Positions 18,898 through 28,974 of a stretch of 64,000 bases of DNA are shown in pieces (position 1 is the first letter of the stretch; every line of letters begins with the position of its first letter). The position numbers were made by a program, and so were the translations under genes. Below the pieces are notes generated by a model. The model saw only the letters and a list, made by a program, of their open reading frames with translations. It made no database searches and had not been told where the DNA came from. Source of the DNA: Spirochaetia bacterium (GTDB lineage: Bacteria > Spirochaetota > Spirochaetia > SZUA-6 > Bin103); NCBI GenBank assembly GCA_965203905.1, contig CBDBDQ010000005.1, positions 4,256,001 through 4,320,000 on the forward strand, in the 5' to 3' direction.

Positions 18898-19991
18898 TCG
18901 GACAGTTCGAAGGGTGAGGGTTCCGGGCGGTTGATCACCTCCCAGCCGGTCACGTCGCCGCCGTGCCAGCGGTAGGGCATCGGCACCACGCGTGCGGAGC
19001 GATCGGCGAGCGGCAGCGCAACCCGGCGGTGGCCCTCCCGCGCCGACAGTTTCATGGCCGCCGCTATCTCCAGCACCTGTCGGAAGTCATGTCCGCTGCA
19101 CGGCGCCGGTCGCCCGTCACGCACCGCGTTCATGAGGCTGCCGACCACTCCCAGGAACGGCCCGCCCGCACGTTCGTCGGCGGTGGGCTCGTCCAGAAAC
19201 GCGGGCCGCACGGGGCGGGCCCGGGAGCCGCTTCCCTGCAGCAGCACGGTGCCGGCGGCGCCGGCGAGGTATACCGCGCCCCGCTCTCCGAACAGCGCGA
19301 GCTGATAGGCGCCGGCGGCCGGCATCTCACGGGCAGCGGTACAGACGTAGCCTCCGGGCATGCCCAGCGTGCCGTAGGCAGCGCAGTCGTCGTCGCCCGC
19401 GGCAGCCTCGTCCGGCACGGTCCAGCCCTCTACCCAGTCCACCTCGTCGCCGGTGACGAAGCGGAGATAGTTGAGGATGATGCAGCCCAGACCCGAGACC
19501 TGGTCGCCGTGCGCCAGGTAGCCGTCGGTGGCTGCCCCGGTGAGCCGGCCGATTGCGCCCTCGCGTATCCACGCGCCGATCCTGGCGATGTTGTGCACCT
19601 CCCAGTGCGCGGTGCCGCAGGCGAACGCCGCGCCGTGCCGCTCGCAGGCCGCCACCATCGCATCGGCATCGGCCAGCCGCGCCGCGACCGGCTTCTCGCA
19701 GGAGATGCCCTTGACGCCCGCCTCGGCGCAGGCGATCACCGCCGCGGGGGCCGCGCTCACCGGCAGGATGTTGGCCACCACCTCCGGCACCTGCCACGCC
19801 AGCAGCTCCTGCACCGTGTCGAACTGGTGGGGAATGCCGTAGTGCTCGGCGAACCGCTGGCGCCGGTCACGCGCCGTATCCACCAGCGCGATCAGCTCCG
19901 CCTCCGGGTGGTTGGCGTAGGCATAGGTGTAGCGGCGGCCCCAGTCGCCGCAGCCGCCGGCCACCGCGACCCGCAGTCGCTCCCGTTTCAT
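18894..19991 (-). CDS. Gfo/Idh/MocA family oxidoreductase
   Basis: VAGGCGDWG, CEKPVA. Confidence 0.9.
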   Translation of the reverse strand: MKRERLRVAVAGGCGDWGRRYTYAYANHPEAELIALVDTARDRRQRFAEHYGIPHQFDTVQELLAWQVPEVVANILPVSAAPAAVIACAEAGVKGISCEKPVAARLADADAMVAACERHGAAFACGTAHWEVHNIARIGAWIREGAIGRLTGAATDGYLAHGDQVSGLGCIILNYLRFVTGDEVDWVEGWTVPDEAAAGDDDCAAYGTLGMPGGYVCTAAREMPAAGAYQLALFGERGAVYLAGAAGTVLLQGSGSRARPVRPAFLDEPTADERAGGPFLGVVGSLMNAVRDGRPAPCSGHDFRQVLEIAAAMKLSAREGHRRVALPLADRSARVVPMPYRWHGGDVTGWEVINRPEPSPFELSE

Positions 19992-20974
19992 GGTGTTTTT
20001 CCGGCGACACGAGCACCGTCGCCCCAATCGTGCTCCAGCTCCTCCCACCGCGCGGGATCGATCCGCTGCCGGTAGGCGGCGACGTTCTGCGCCACCCGCG
20101 CCGGGGTCGAGAAGCCCAGCAGGATCGAGGCAAAGCGCGTCTCGCGCAGGCAGAAATGGAGGTTGAGGACGTGCAGATCGAGACCGCGCGCGGCGCACCA
20201 GTCGTACATCCACCTGGCGCGCCGCAGCCGGGGGGTCATCTCGACCCGCTCGGGCGCCACCCCGGCGGCACGCGCCGCGACCGCCACGGGATCCTCGCCG
20301 CCGAGCGCGCCGCTGAGCGCGCCGCTGAGCATGATCGAGGCGTTGAACACGCCCACGTCGGCCGCCACCGCCGGCTCCAGCACCCCGGCCAGCGCGGAGC
20401 GTTCGATCAGGTTGTAGTCGGCAAAGGTCAGCGACACGTCGAAGTCGCCGCTGGCGATGCACGCCCGGTGATGCGCGTGCGGCCGGCAGCCCAGGCCGAT
20501 GTGCCGCACCACGCCCTGCTCCTTGAGCGCCAGCAGCGCGTCACGGGCCGCGTGCGGCGCCAGCACCGGCTCGATCTCGGCCGGGTCGTGCACCAGCATC
20601 AGGTCCAGGTAGTCGGTCTCCAGTGCGCGCAGGCTCAGCTCGGTGCTCGCCATGATGGCGTCGTAGGAGTAGTCGTGCGGACGCCGGCGCGAGCCCGCCT
20701 TGCTCTCGATGATCAGTTCCTCGCGCCGGTGGCCACGACGGTACCACTCCTGCAGCGCGATTCCGATGTAGCGCTCGCTGTCGCCGCCGAGATAGGCGGC
20801 CGAGGTGTCGATCAGGTCGATGCCCGCCTCCAGCCCGGCCAGCACCGTATCCACGGCCACCTGCTCGTTGTGGCCGTCGCCGCGCCGGCCGAGCTGCGCC
20901 CCGCCGATTCCCAGCACCGGCACCTGCAGTTCCGTGCGCCCCAGCCGCCGCCGTTCGTACTCGATCGCTTCCAT
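19988..20974 (-). CDS. Aldo/keto reductase
   Basis: RRLGRTEL, IDTSAAY, SLRALETDYLDL..VHDP. Confidence 0.92.
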   Translation of the reverse strand: MEAIEYERRRLGRTELQVPVLGIGGAQLGRRGDGHNEQVAVDTVLAGLEAGIDLIDTSAAYLGGDSERYIGIALQEWYRRGHRREELIIESKAGSRRRPHDYSYDAIMASTELSLRALETDYLDLMLVHDPAEIEPVLAPHAARDALLALKEQGVVRHIGLGCRPHAHHRACIASGDFDVSLTFADYNLIERSALAGVLEPAVAADVGVFNASIMLSGALSGALGGEDPVAVAARAAGVAPERVEMTPRLRRARWMYDWCAARGLDLHVLNLHFCLRETRFASILLGFSTPARVAQNVAAYRQRIDPARWEELEHDWGDGARVAGKTP

Positions 20975-21032
20975 CTCTCACCAGCATACCCGCCCGCGCC
21001 GTGCCGAGTAACGCCCGCGCCGGTGCCGCTCG

Positions 21033-22172
21033 CTACGGCAGCGCCAGTTCGCCGCAGAGGGTACGGAACGGCAAGACACGGGTGTCGGAGTGCTCGTCGC
21101 CGAAGTCTGCCGTACCGAGATGTACCTGGTAGAAACGTGGAATCTCGCTGCGTTCGCGCATGTAGCGGCAGGCCGGTGCCGCGCGGCGCTCGCCACTCTT
21201 GCACTCGACCGCGAATTCGGGGCGGCCGCCACGCAGCACCACGAAGTCGATCTCGCGTCCGTCGGTGTCACGCAGAAACCGCAGTTCCATCGCGTGCCCC
21301 TCGGTGTCTTCGACCAGGTGGCAGTACTTCAGCAGGTGTCCGGCCACCATGTTCTCGAAGCGGGGCCCGGGATCCTCCACCCGCGACCAGTCCCAGAAGT
21401 AGAGCTTGCGCTCCTTGCGCACGGCCCTGATCGGGGCCGAACCGAACGGCGCCAGCCGGTAGCAGAGGTAGAGCCGCTCGAACGCGGCAATCCAGCGCTC
21501 GACGCTCTCGTGCGATGCCTGCAGCAGTTTGCGCAGGCGGTTGACGGAGAGCGGCGCTCCGACGCAGGCGGGCAGGTGGGAGAGCAGCAGGTCCAGCCGC
21601 GACACCTCACGCACCTGCTCCAGATCGCGAAGATCTTCGTGCACCACCCGTGCGGATTGCTCGCGCAGCCAGCGCCGGTGGAAGCGCTCCTCGCCGCGCA
21701 GAAACGGTTCCGGAAAGCCGCCGAACCGCAACAGTTGTGCGACCGCATCGGCTTCGGTGTCCAGGCGGGCCTCCAGCAGCGTGAACGGATGCAGGCGGTA
21801 GTAGTGGTATCGGCCCTGCAGCGAGTCGCCGCCCTTGCGGTAGTAGTCGAGGCGGGCGGAGCCGGTTACCAGGAACGAGATCGAGGACCGGTGCTTGTCG
21901 TAGAGTCCCTTGATCAGGCCCCGCCAGGCGGCGTACTTGTGGAGTTCGTCGAAGATGAGGAGAGGCTGCCCCGGTGGCAGGCGCGCGGCCAGGATCTCTG
22001 CCCGGTCGACGGGATGGTCCCAGTTCAGGTAGGCCGGCGACGACTCGTCGCTGCCTGCTCCCAACTGCGACAGGGCGAACGTCGTCTTGCCCACCTGGCG
22101 CGGACCGCCCACGAACACCATACGGTCGGCGAGGTCCGCGGTCACGGCTTCCGCGAGGTATCGGGTGGTCAT
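21033..22172 (-). CDS. AAA_14 ATPase with DUF4143 (PD-(D/E)XK-like) C-terminus
   Basis: GPRQVGKT, DELHK, TGSA, GGFPE, EIDF..ECK. Confidence 0.9.
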   Translation of the reverse strand: MTTRYLAEAVTADLADRMVFVGGPRQVGKTTFALSQLGAGSDESSPAYLNWDHPVDRAEILAARLPPGQPLLIFDELHKYAAWRGLIKGLYDKHRSSISFLVTGSARLDYYRKGGDSLQGRYHYYRLHPFTLLEARLDTEADAVAQLLRFGGFPEPFLRGEERFHRRWLREQSARVVHEDLRDLEQVREVSRLDLLLSHLPACVGAPLSVNRLRKLLQASHESVERWIAAFERLYLCYRLAPFGSAPIRAVRKERKLYFWDWSRVEDPGPRFENMVAGHLLKYCHLVEDTEGHAMELRFLRDTDGREIDFVVLRGGRPEFAVECKSGERRAAPACRYMRERSEIPRFYQVHLGTADFGDEHSDTRVLPFRTLCGELALP

Positions 22173-22328
22173 CGGTGCGCTCCCAACGCCATGAGTTTTT
22201 TCACGTATACCTGAATATACTCATGAGTGTTTTCTGGTCAACCGGAAAACGCTTACGAGACTGTCAGCGGCAGGGGCGATGGCTGGCAGTTGCGCTTCTG
22301 CTGCCCTTACGCGTGGTACAGTGCGCCG

Positions 22329-22775
22329 ATGGAGTCCTGCATCTTCTGCCGGATCGTTGCCGGAACGCTTCCGGCGAGCGTCGTATTCAGGGATGCCGCG
22401 GTCATGGCCTTCATGGATATCCAGCCCGTGACCGAGGGCCACACCCTGCTCATCCCGCTGGCGCACCGGCCGAACGTCGCCGACCTGGACGACGCTACGA
22501 CCGGACACCTGTTCGGGGTCGCCCGGCGCATCACCCAGGCGCTCTACGACGGGCTCGGATGTGCCGGCGTCAACTGGTTCGTCGCCGACGGAGAGGCCGC
22601 GGGGCAGGAAGTGTTCCATATGCACCTGCACCTGATTCCACGCAATCCGGGGGACGGCTTCGGACTGCGGTTCCCGCCGGACTACCGCCAACTCCCGGAG
22701 AGACAGGCCCTCGACCGTGCCGCCCACGCGATCAGCGGAGCGCTGGCCGACACGCCGCCGGCTACTGCTGACTGA
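22329..22775 (+). CDS. HIT family protein
   Basis: CIFCRIV, GHTLLIP, FHMHLHLIPR. Confidence 0.93.
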   Translation: MESCIFCRIVAGTLPASVVFRDAAVMAFMDIQPVTEGHTLLIPLAHRPNVADLDDATTGHLFGVARRITQALYDGLGCAGVNWFVADGEAAGQEVFHMHLHLIPRNPGDGFGLRFPPDYRQLPERQALDRAAHAISGALADTPPATAD

Positions 22776-22813
22776 GCGCCCAAACTAGCGGGCATCCTCG
22801 GGGTGCGAACTCA

Positions 22814-23426
22814 ATGAGAGGTCTTTTCCCCGCCATCGAGCCGTATGAGTACGGGAAACTGGATGTTGGCGACGGCATCCGCGTCTACTGGGAGACGTGC
22901 GGCAATCCGGGTGGCAAGCCGGCGCTGGTGGTGCACGGCGGGCCCGGTTCCGGCTGCTCGGAGTGGCACCGCAGATTGTTCGATCCGACGGCGTATCGCG
23001 TCGTGTTGTTCGATCAACGCGGCTGTGGACGAAGCACGCCGCACGCCGGTGCCCCGGCGACCGACCTGGAGTGCAACACCACCTGGAAGCTCATCGATGA
23101 CATGGAGGCGTTGCGCCGGTACCTGCAGGTCGACCGCTGGCTGGTGCTCGGCGGATCGTGGGGCAGCACGCTGGCCCTGGCCTACGCCGAACGCCATCCG
23201 CACCGCGTCTCCGAGTTGATCCTGTTCGGGGTGACGACCGGCCGCCACGCGGAATTCGACTGGTTGTTCCGCGGCGGCGTTGAACCGGGTCTGGCCGCGC
23301 GCCGAACTGGTAATCGTGGACGATTCCGGGCATGCGGCCGATGCCGCGATCAGCGAACGCCTGATACGCGCTACCGAACGATTCGCGATGGAAGGACACG
23401 GTCGTGCCTCCGACGATGCGGGGTGA
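22814..23426 (+). pseudogene. pip: Proline iminopeptidase with internal deletion and frameshift
   Basis: HGGPG, DQRGCGRS, GGSWG to about 23280; C-terminus LNRVWPRAELVIVDDSGH...* follows directly in another frame. Confidence 0.85.
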
Positions 23427-23427
23427 C

Positions 23428-23958
23428 GTGAAGTCGAGGCTCTTCATCAGACCAGCCTCGGTGGTGGACGCCGAGTTCGTCGCACGCATCTACGTCGATT
23501 CCTGGAATGCCTCATTCGGCGGACTGCTGTCGCGAACGGATCGAGCGGTTACGCCGGAACTGATCGGGCGCTGGCGGCGGGCTCTTTCCCGGCCTGTCCC
23601 GCACCGGACGTGGGTTGCCGAGCGCTCGGGCTCGATCATCGGATGCGCTGAAATCGGTCCGAGCCGCGATCCGGTGGATCCCTCGATCGGCGAGCTGTAC
23701 AGCATCTTCGTCAATGAGCCTTACTGGCGTACGGGAGTCGGCAGTGCGCTGATCGGCGTTGCTCACCGCCATCTCGTGCAGGACCGCTATCGCACGGCCA
23801 TACTTTGGACCGTTGCCGGCTACCGTCAGGGCATAGCCTTCTACGAAGCGATGGGGTGGCGTCGCGACAGTGGCATTCGAGACCAGGGGCGGCAGATCCG
23901 CTTCCGCGGCGAGCCGAGTCGGCTGCATCGCGCGACGGCGGGCGTGCAAGACCGTTGA
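23428..23958 (+). CDS. GNAT family N-acetyltransferase (start uncertain)
   Basis: IRPA...DA, YWRTGVGSAL, FYEAMGW. Confidence 0.85.
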   Translation: MKSRLFIRPASVVDAEFVARIYVDSWNASFGGLLSRTDRAVTPELIGRWRRALSRPVPHRTWVAERSGSIIGCAEIGPSRDPVDPSIGELYSIFVNEPYWRTGVGSALIGVAHRHLVQDRYRTAILWTVAGYRQGIAFYEAMGWRRDSGIRDQGRQIRFRGEPSRLHRATAGVQDR

Positions 23959-23989
23959 CTCAGGGCACCGGAACACACAGCCTTCCGCC

Positions 23990-24472
23990 ATGAGCAGCGA
24001 CGACATCCGGCAAGAACCAACCTTCGCCACCATCCAGGTCACGCGTGACTTCGATTGTCCGGTGAAGACCTTGTTCGCGCACTGGACCAGTCCCGAGACC
24101 CGGGTCCGCTGGGAAGCAGACCCCGCCAGCGGTATGCGCTATCTCAACTTCGACACGCGCGAGGGCGGAGTCGAACGCCTGGAGATCTCGAACCAGGGCC
24201 AGGTAGTGGGTGAGATGGTCCAGCACATCATGGTGCTGTGCGCAAACGAAGCGCTGGTGGCGTCGATCACCGGCCACTTCGGCGGCCGCATCACCATGGT
24301 GATGCAGGTGACCTGCCGCTTCGAGGCGACGGCGGACGGCAGCCGGCTGACCGGCACCAGCCAGGTGGTCGACCTGACCGGCCGCGACGTTACCGAAGAG
24401 CAGACGGCCGGGTGGAACATGATGCTGGAGAGCTTCGCCTCCGACCTCGCCGCGAATCCACTCTCCACGTAG
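23990..24472 (+). CDS. SRPBCC/AHSA1 domain protein
   Basis: VTRDFDCPVKTLFAHWTSPE, DTREGG, GWNMML. Confidence 0.85.
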   Translation: MSSDDIRQEPTFATIQVTRDFDCPVKTLFAHWTSPETRVRWEADPASGMRYLNFDTREGGVERLEISNQGQVVGEMVQHIMVLCANEALVASITGHFGGRITMVMQVTCRFEATADGSRLTGTSQVVDLTGRDVTEEQTAGWNMMLESFASDLAANPLST

Positions 24473-24812
24473 GGATCGGCAGAGCCGGAACCGCGGACCA
24501 GCCGTCCGGCACGATGGCGTCGCGGCGGCGCTGATCGCGCTCGGGGTCGGTGAAGTCGGGATCGGCGACCGGCGAGTTGCAGTCGAAGCCGCGCAGTTGC
24601 CAGCGTTCCAGGGACATGGACTCGAGCGCACGGTCGGCGGCGATGCGCACCTCCACCGGTACCTCCTTACCGTCATGCCAGAACAGGTTGCGGTCGCAGG
24701 CGAAGGTGAAGAGGTCGTACTCGTCGAACTGCCAGGCCACCTCGCAACCTTCCTCGTGCACCGCCTGCCAGTAGCCCTTGAAGCCGTCGTGGGCGATGTC
24801 TACGGGCGCCAT
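24390..24812 (-). pseudogene. Probable C-terminal remnant of a right-handed beta-helix protein
   Basis: DRNLFW...LERWQLRGFDCNSPVADPDFTDPE resembles beta-helix enzyme C-termini; frame overlaps the convergent gene. Confidence 0.5.
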
Positions 24813-25726
24813 GGCGGCACGTCCCAGGTGCGGCGCCAATTCCACTTCCACGCGACTTCCAGCGACGGCAGCGCGATCTCGTACCAGACGCCGGCGGTAA
24901 AGGGGAGGACGGTGGTGCGGTCGCCCACCTGGGCGCGGATCCACTCGATGAAGGCGTTGGCGTCGGTCACGTCCGGGGGCCAGGTGCCGTGGGGGATCGG
25001 GTCCGTCCTGCGGTCGGTGCGGTAGTGGGTCGGAATCAGGAATCTCGGCTGCACCCAATCGACGAGTTGCAGCAGGTGCCCGGTATGCTCTTCGCCGCGC
25101 CACTCGGTGAGGCCGGTCTTCATGTGCACCAGGTAGTCGACTCTTCCGGCGAGAGCCCGCAACTCGGGATAGGGCTCGTGCAGGTCTCCGGTGTGGTAGA
25201 TCGAGACGGAGGTCTGCCGGTCCGTGACCAGGTAGCCGCAGGTGGGGAGGTCGGGCGTGGCGTTTTCGCCGCTCTCGACCACCTCGACACTGATCCGTTC
25301 GAGGTCGAGCGCGGGGTTCGGCGGAAAGCGGCGGCCGGTGCCGATCAGGCTGCTGACGACCTCCGGGTAGACCACCTGCACGCGCTGCGCCGGAATGCTC
25401 CTGGTGATCGGCAGGTCGCGGGCAAAGGCGGCGTCGCCGTACACCTCCGCCAGCGGCTGCGCCGGGTTGACGCAGCCGGGGCTCACGTACAGCTTCTCGA
25501 ACCGCTCTCCCCGGCACAGGCGCCCGAGGGTAGGCGGATGGCAGTGGTCGAAGTGCTCGTGGCTGATGAAGAGGTAGTCGTAGACCGGCTTCGCGGCGCT
25601 CAACTCGGCGTCGAAGAAGTAGGGATCGAAGGCGAAGGCGACCTCCGCGAAGCGTGCCTCGAAGCTGCCGCAACCCGACCAGCGGAGCTGGAACGAGCGC
25701 TCGCCGGCGCGCGTTGCAGGCGGCAT
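24800..25726 (-). CDS. Metallo-beta-lactamase-fold hydrolase
   Basis: SHEHFDH, YHTGD, IPTHY. Confidence 0.88.
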   Translation of the reverse strand: MPPATRAGERSFQLRWSGCGSFEARFAEVAFAFDPYFFDAELSAAKPVYDYLFISHEHFDHCHPPTLGRLCRGERFEKLYVSPGCVNPAQPLAEVYGDAAFARDLPITRSIPAQRVQVVYPEVVSSLIGTGRRFPPNPALDLERISVEVVESGENATPDLPTCGYLVTDRQTSVSIYHTGDLHEPYPELRALAGRVDYLVHMKTGLTEWRGEEHTGHLLQLVDWVQPRFLIPTHYRTDRRTDPIPHGTWPPDVTDANAFIEWIRAQVGDRTTVLPFTAGVWYEIALPSLEVAWKWNWRRTWDVPPWRP

Positions 25727-25730
25727 GTGC

Positions 25731-26681
25731 TTACTCTACGGCTCGACCCTGCTGCCGAAAAATCGCCAGCGCCTGCTCGAAGCTGATCCGGTCGAGCGGC
25801 TCGGCGGCGGCGTCGAGCACCTGGTCCACCTGCGCCACCGTGTTCAGGCCCACGATCAGGCTCGTCACCACCGGGTGGGCGAGGGCGAAGCGGATCGCGA
25901 AGCGGGTCAGTGCCGCCGGTGCCAACTCCTGCCGCAAGAGCGCCAGGCGTTCGTAGGCGCGATCCCATTCCGGCGCCCGCATCCGGTCTCCGTCCGGCAG
26001 CGACCCGCGGTTGCCGCGCTGGTCGGTCAGCAGCCCGGCCAGCAGCGGGCGAATGCAGAGGAACCCGCCGCCGCGGCGCTGGAGGGCGGGAAAGAAGCGC
26101 GCCATCTCCATCTCGATCACGTTGTAGTAGGCGACCAGGCCCGAGAAGGTCCCGGTGGCGAGCGCCGCCTCGGCGAACGCAGGGGTGTACGGAAAAGAGG
26201 TGAGGTAGCCCACCTTGCCCTCGTCCCGCAGCGTCTCGAAGGTCTCTTTGAGCGGCTCGTCGACCGCCTCCACCGCGGGGACCCGCAGCTCGTCGCTGTT
26301 CGGTGCAGCGCGCTGCAGGTGCTGGATCACGGCGATGCGGTCGGTGTGCAGCTCGGCCAGCGCCTCCTCGACCCGCAGCCGGAACTTGGCCGCATCGAAG
26401 CGGCCGCCATCGTCGAAGTCGGGCACCGGGACCTTGATGACGTGATGGATCTCGTGGCGGCGCGGATGGCCGGCCAGCACCTTGCCCACGGACCAGCGGG
26501 TACCGTACTCGTAGCTGGAGTGCACGAAGTTGACGCCGCGCTCCAGCGCCCGCTCCAGTGCCAGGCGGCCGGCGCGCGAACGCTCGTCGTCGGAGCCTCC
26601 CTTGGCGGCGAAGCGCATCGGCCCGAAGCAGATCGGCGAAACCTCCAGGTCCGTGGATCCAAATCGCCTGTACTCCATCAT
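25731..26681 (-). CDS. Aldo/keto reductase
   Basis: MEYRRFGSTDLEVSPICFG; GAGGGAGG RBS. Confidence 0.88.
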   Translation of the reverse strand: MMEYRRFGSTDLEVSPICFGPMRFAAKGGSDDERSRAGRLALERALERGVNFVHSSYEYGTRWSVGKVLAGHPRRHEIHHVIKVPVPDFDDGGRFDAAKFRLRVEEALAELHTDRIAVIQHLQRAAPNSDELRVPAVEAVDEPLKETFETLRDEGKVGYLTSFPYTPAFAEAALATGTFSGLVAYYNVIEMEMARFFPALQRRGGGFLCIRPLLAGLLTDQRGNRGSLPDGDRMRAPEWDRAYERLALLRQELAPAALTRFAIRFALAHPVVTSLIVGLNTVAQVDQVLDAAAEPLDRISFEQALAIFRQQGRAVE

Positions 26682-26820
26682 GCCTCCCTCAGCCCGGAGT
26701 CTACCGCATCCGCTCCGCGGCGGCACAGGAGCGTAATCATGGGTGGCGTCTCGGGGCGGCCTGCCGCCGCGGCCGACGCGTGGTTGACTTTGGCGGCGGG
26801 CGGATCTAGCATCGGCGGTT

Positions 26821-27867
26821 ATGGCGGCCGCCGCTTCCGCTCACGGGGCAGCCGAGGACCTGCTCATCGAGGTGCGCGACCTGCGCGTCGAGTTCCGGCT
26901 TACGGAGGGGCTGTTGCGTGCGGTGGACGGCGTCAGCTTCGTGGTGCGCAGCCACCAGACGCTGGGCGTGATGGGCGAGTCGGGGTGCGGCAAGAGCGTT
27001 ACCGCGCGCGCCATCATGGGAATCGTGCCGATTCCGCCGGGGCGCGTCACCGGCACCATCAACTACTATCCCGAGCACGGGCCGCCGATCGACCTGGTGA
27101 GCCTCGATCCCAAGGGCGACGAGTACCGCGACATCCGCGGCAACCAGATCAGCATGATCTTCCAGGAGCCGATGACGGCGCTCAGCCCGGTGCACACCGT
27201 CGGCAACCAGATCGGCGAGGTGCTGCGCGTGCACCAGGAGGTGGACCGCAGGCGGGCGCGCGACCAGACCGTCGACCTGCTGGACCGGGTGGGCATCAGC
27301 GACCCGCACCGGCGCGTGGACCAGTATCCGTTCGAGCTCAGCGGCGGCATGAACCAGCGGGCGATGATCGCCATGGCGCTGGCCTGCCGGCCACGGCTGC
27401 TGATCGCCGACGAGCCCACCACCGGCCTGGACGTGACCATCCAGGCGCAGATCATGGAGCTGATCCAGGACCTGCAGCGGGAGTTCGGCATGGCGGTGCT
27501 GTTCATCACCCATGACCTGGGACTGATCGCGGAGATGGCCGACGACGTGCTCACCATGTACATGGGGCAGATCGTGGAGGCCGGCAGCGCCGACCAGGTG
27601 TTCTACGGCCACACCCATCCCTACACCGAGGGCCTGCTGAAGTCGATTCCCATCGTCGCCGCCGAGCATCACCGCCTGGCGCCGATCCGCGGCAGCGTGC
27701 CCAACCCCTACGCACGCCTCTCCGGCTGCCGATTCCGCTACCGTTGTCACCGCTACATCGGCGAGATCTGCGACCAGGAGCCGCCCCAGTTCGGTCCCGC
27801 GCCCGGCCACCTCAGCAAGTGCTGGCTGCACGAGCCCGCCGGGAAGCCGAGCGAGGCGCGGCGATGA
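26821..27867 (+). CDS. Oligopeptide ABC ATP-binding protein (OppD/DppD)
   Basis: GESGCGKS, LSGGM, ADEPTT, HPYT, C-terminal Cys cluster. Confidence 0.93.
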   Translation: MAAAASAHGAAEDLLIEVRDLRVEFRLTEGLLRAVDGVSFVVRSHQTLGVMGESGCGKSVTARAIMGIVPIPPGRVTGTINYYPEHGPPIDLVSLDPKGDEYRDIRGNQISMIFQEPMTALSPVHTVGNQIGEVLRVHQEVDRRRARDQTVDLLDRVGISDPHRRVDQYPFELSGGMNQRAMIAMALACRPRLLIADEPTTGLDVTIQAQIMELIQDLQREFGMAVLFITHDLGLIAEMADDVLTMYMGQIVEAGSADQVFYGHTHPYTEGLLKSIPIVAAEHHRLAPIRGSVPNPYARLSGCRFRYRCHRYIGEICDQEPPQFGPAPGHLSKCWLHEPAGKPSEARR

Positions 27868-28937
27868 ACGAAGCCGCCAACGGTCCGCTGCTGCGGGTGG
27901 AGCACCTGTTCAAGTACTACCCGGTGACCGCCGGCCTGCTGAAGCGCAAGGTGGCCGAAGTGCGCGCGGTCGACGGCGTCAGCTTCGAGGTCGGCAAGGA
28001 GGAGACCCTGGCGCTGGCCGGCGAGAGCGGCTGCGGCAAGACCACCGTGGTGCGCAGCATCTCGCGGCTGGTGGACCCCGACGGCGGCCAGGTCCTGCTC
28101 AAGACCGAGCTGCTGGACGAGTACCGCGACGCCGCCGGCTGGCTCGACCTGGCGGCATTGCCGGGCCGGGAGATGAAGGCGGTGCGCCGCGACCTGCAGG
28201 TGATCTTCCAGGACCCCGACTCGTCGCTCAACCCGCGCTTCACCATCAAGAGCATCGTCGGCGAGCCGCTGGTGGTGCACGGTCTCGGCCGGCGGCGCGA
28301 GATCGCCGACCGGGTGGATGAGCTGCTGCGCCTGGTGGGGCTCGACACCAGCCACCTGAACCGCTTTCCCCACGAGCTCAGCGGCGGCCAGAAGCAGCGC
28401 GTCGGCATCGCCCGCGCACTGGCCCTGGAGCCGCGGCTGATCCTGGCCGACGAGCCGGTGTCGGCGCTGGACATGTCGATCCAGGGGCAGATCCTCAACC
28501 TGATCGAGGACCTGCGCGCCAAGCTGGGGCTGACCATGCTGTTCATCGCCCACGACCTGTCGGTGCTGGCGCATATCAGCGACCGCATGGGGGTGATGTA
28601 CCTCGGCAACCTGGTCGAGGTGGGCGCCACCACCGACCTGTTCCGCAAGCCGCGCCACCCCTACTCGGAAGCACTGCTGACGGCGATTCCGCAGCCCGAC
28701 CCGAAGCGCAAGGTGGAGCGCGTGATCCTCGAAGGCCAGGTGCCGTCGCCGCTCAACAAGCCGGCCGGCTGCCCGTTCCACCCGCGCTGCCCGTACCGGC
28801 AGCAGCGCTGCGAGGGCGAGGTGCCCGAGTTGCGCCCCGCGGGGGACGGACGCATGGTTGCCTGCCACTTCGCCGAGGAGCTGGAGCTGCGCGGCTCGCT
28901 GCAGAGCGACGTGATGGGGCGCCTCGGCCTGACTTGA
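27864..28937 (+). CDS. Oligopeptide ABC ATP-binding protein (OppF/DppF)
   Basis: AVDGVSF, GESGCGKT, LSGGQKQR, DEPVSALD. Confidence 0.93.
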   Translation: MNEAANGPLLRVEHLFKYYPVTAGLLKRKVAEVRAVDGVSFEVGKEETLALAGESGCGKTTVVRSISRLVDPDGGQVLLKTELLDEYRDAAGWLDLAALPGREMKAVRRDLQVIFQDPDSSLNPRFTIKSIVGEPLVVHGLGRRREIADRVDELLRLVGLDTSHLNRFPHELSGGQKQRVGIARALALEPRLILADEPVSALDMSIQGQILNLIEDLRAKLGLTMLFIAHDLSVLAHISDRMGVMYLGNLVEVGATTDLFRKPRHPYSEALLTAIPQPDPKRKVERVILEGQVPSPLNKPAGCPFHPRCPYRQQRCEGEVPELRPAGDGRMVACHFAEELELRGSLQSDVMGRLGLT

Positions 28938-28974
28938 GGGGCCGTGGCGCCGGTAAGGTCGCAGGGCGGTCCGC

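Noticed and set aside
24800-25726. Metallo-beta-lactamase as a resistance gene
   Set aside because: No signal peptide; generic HxHxDH hydrolase in a catabolic context.
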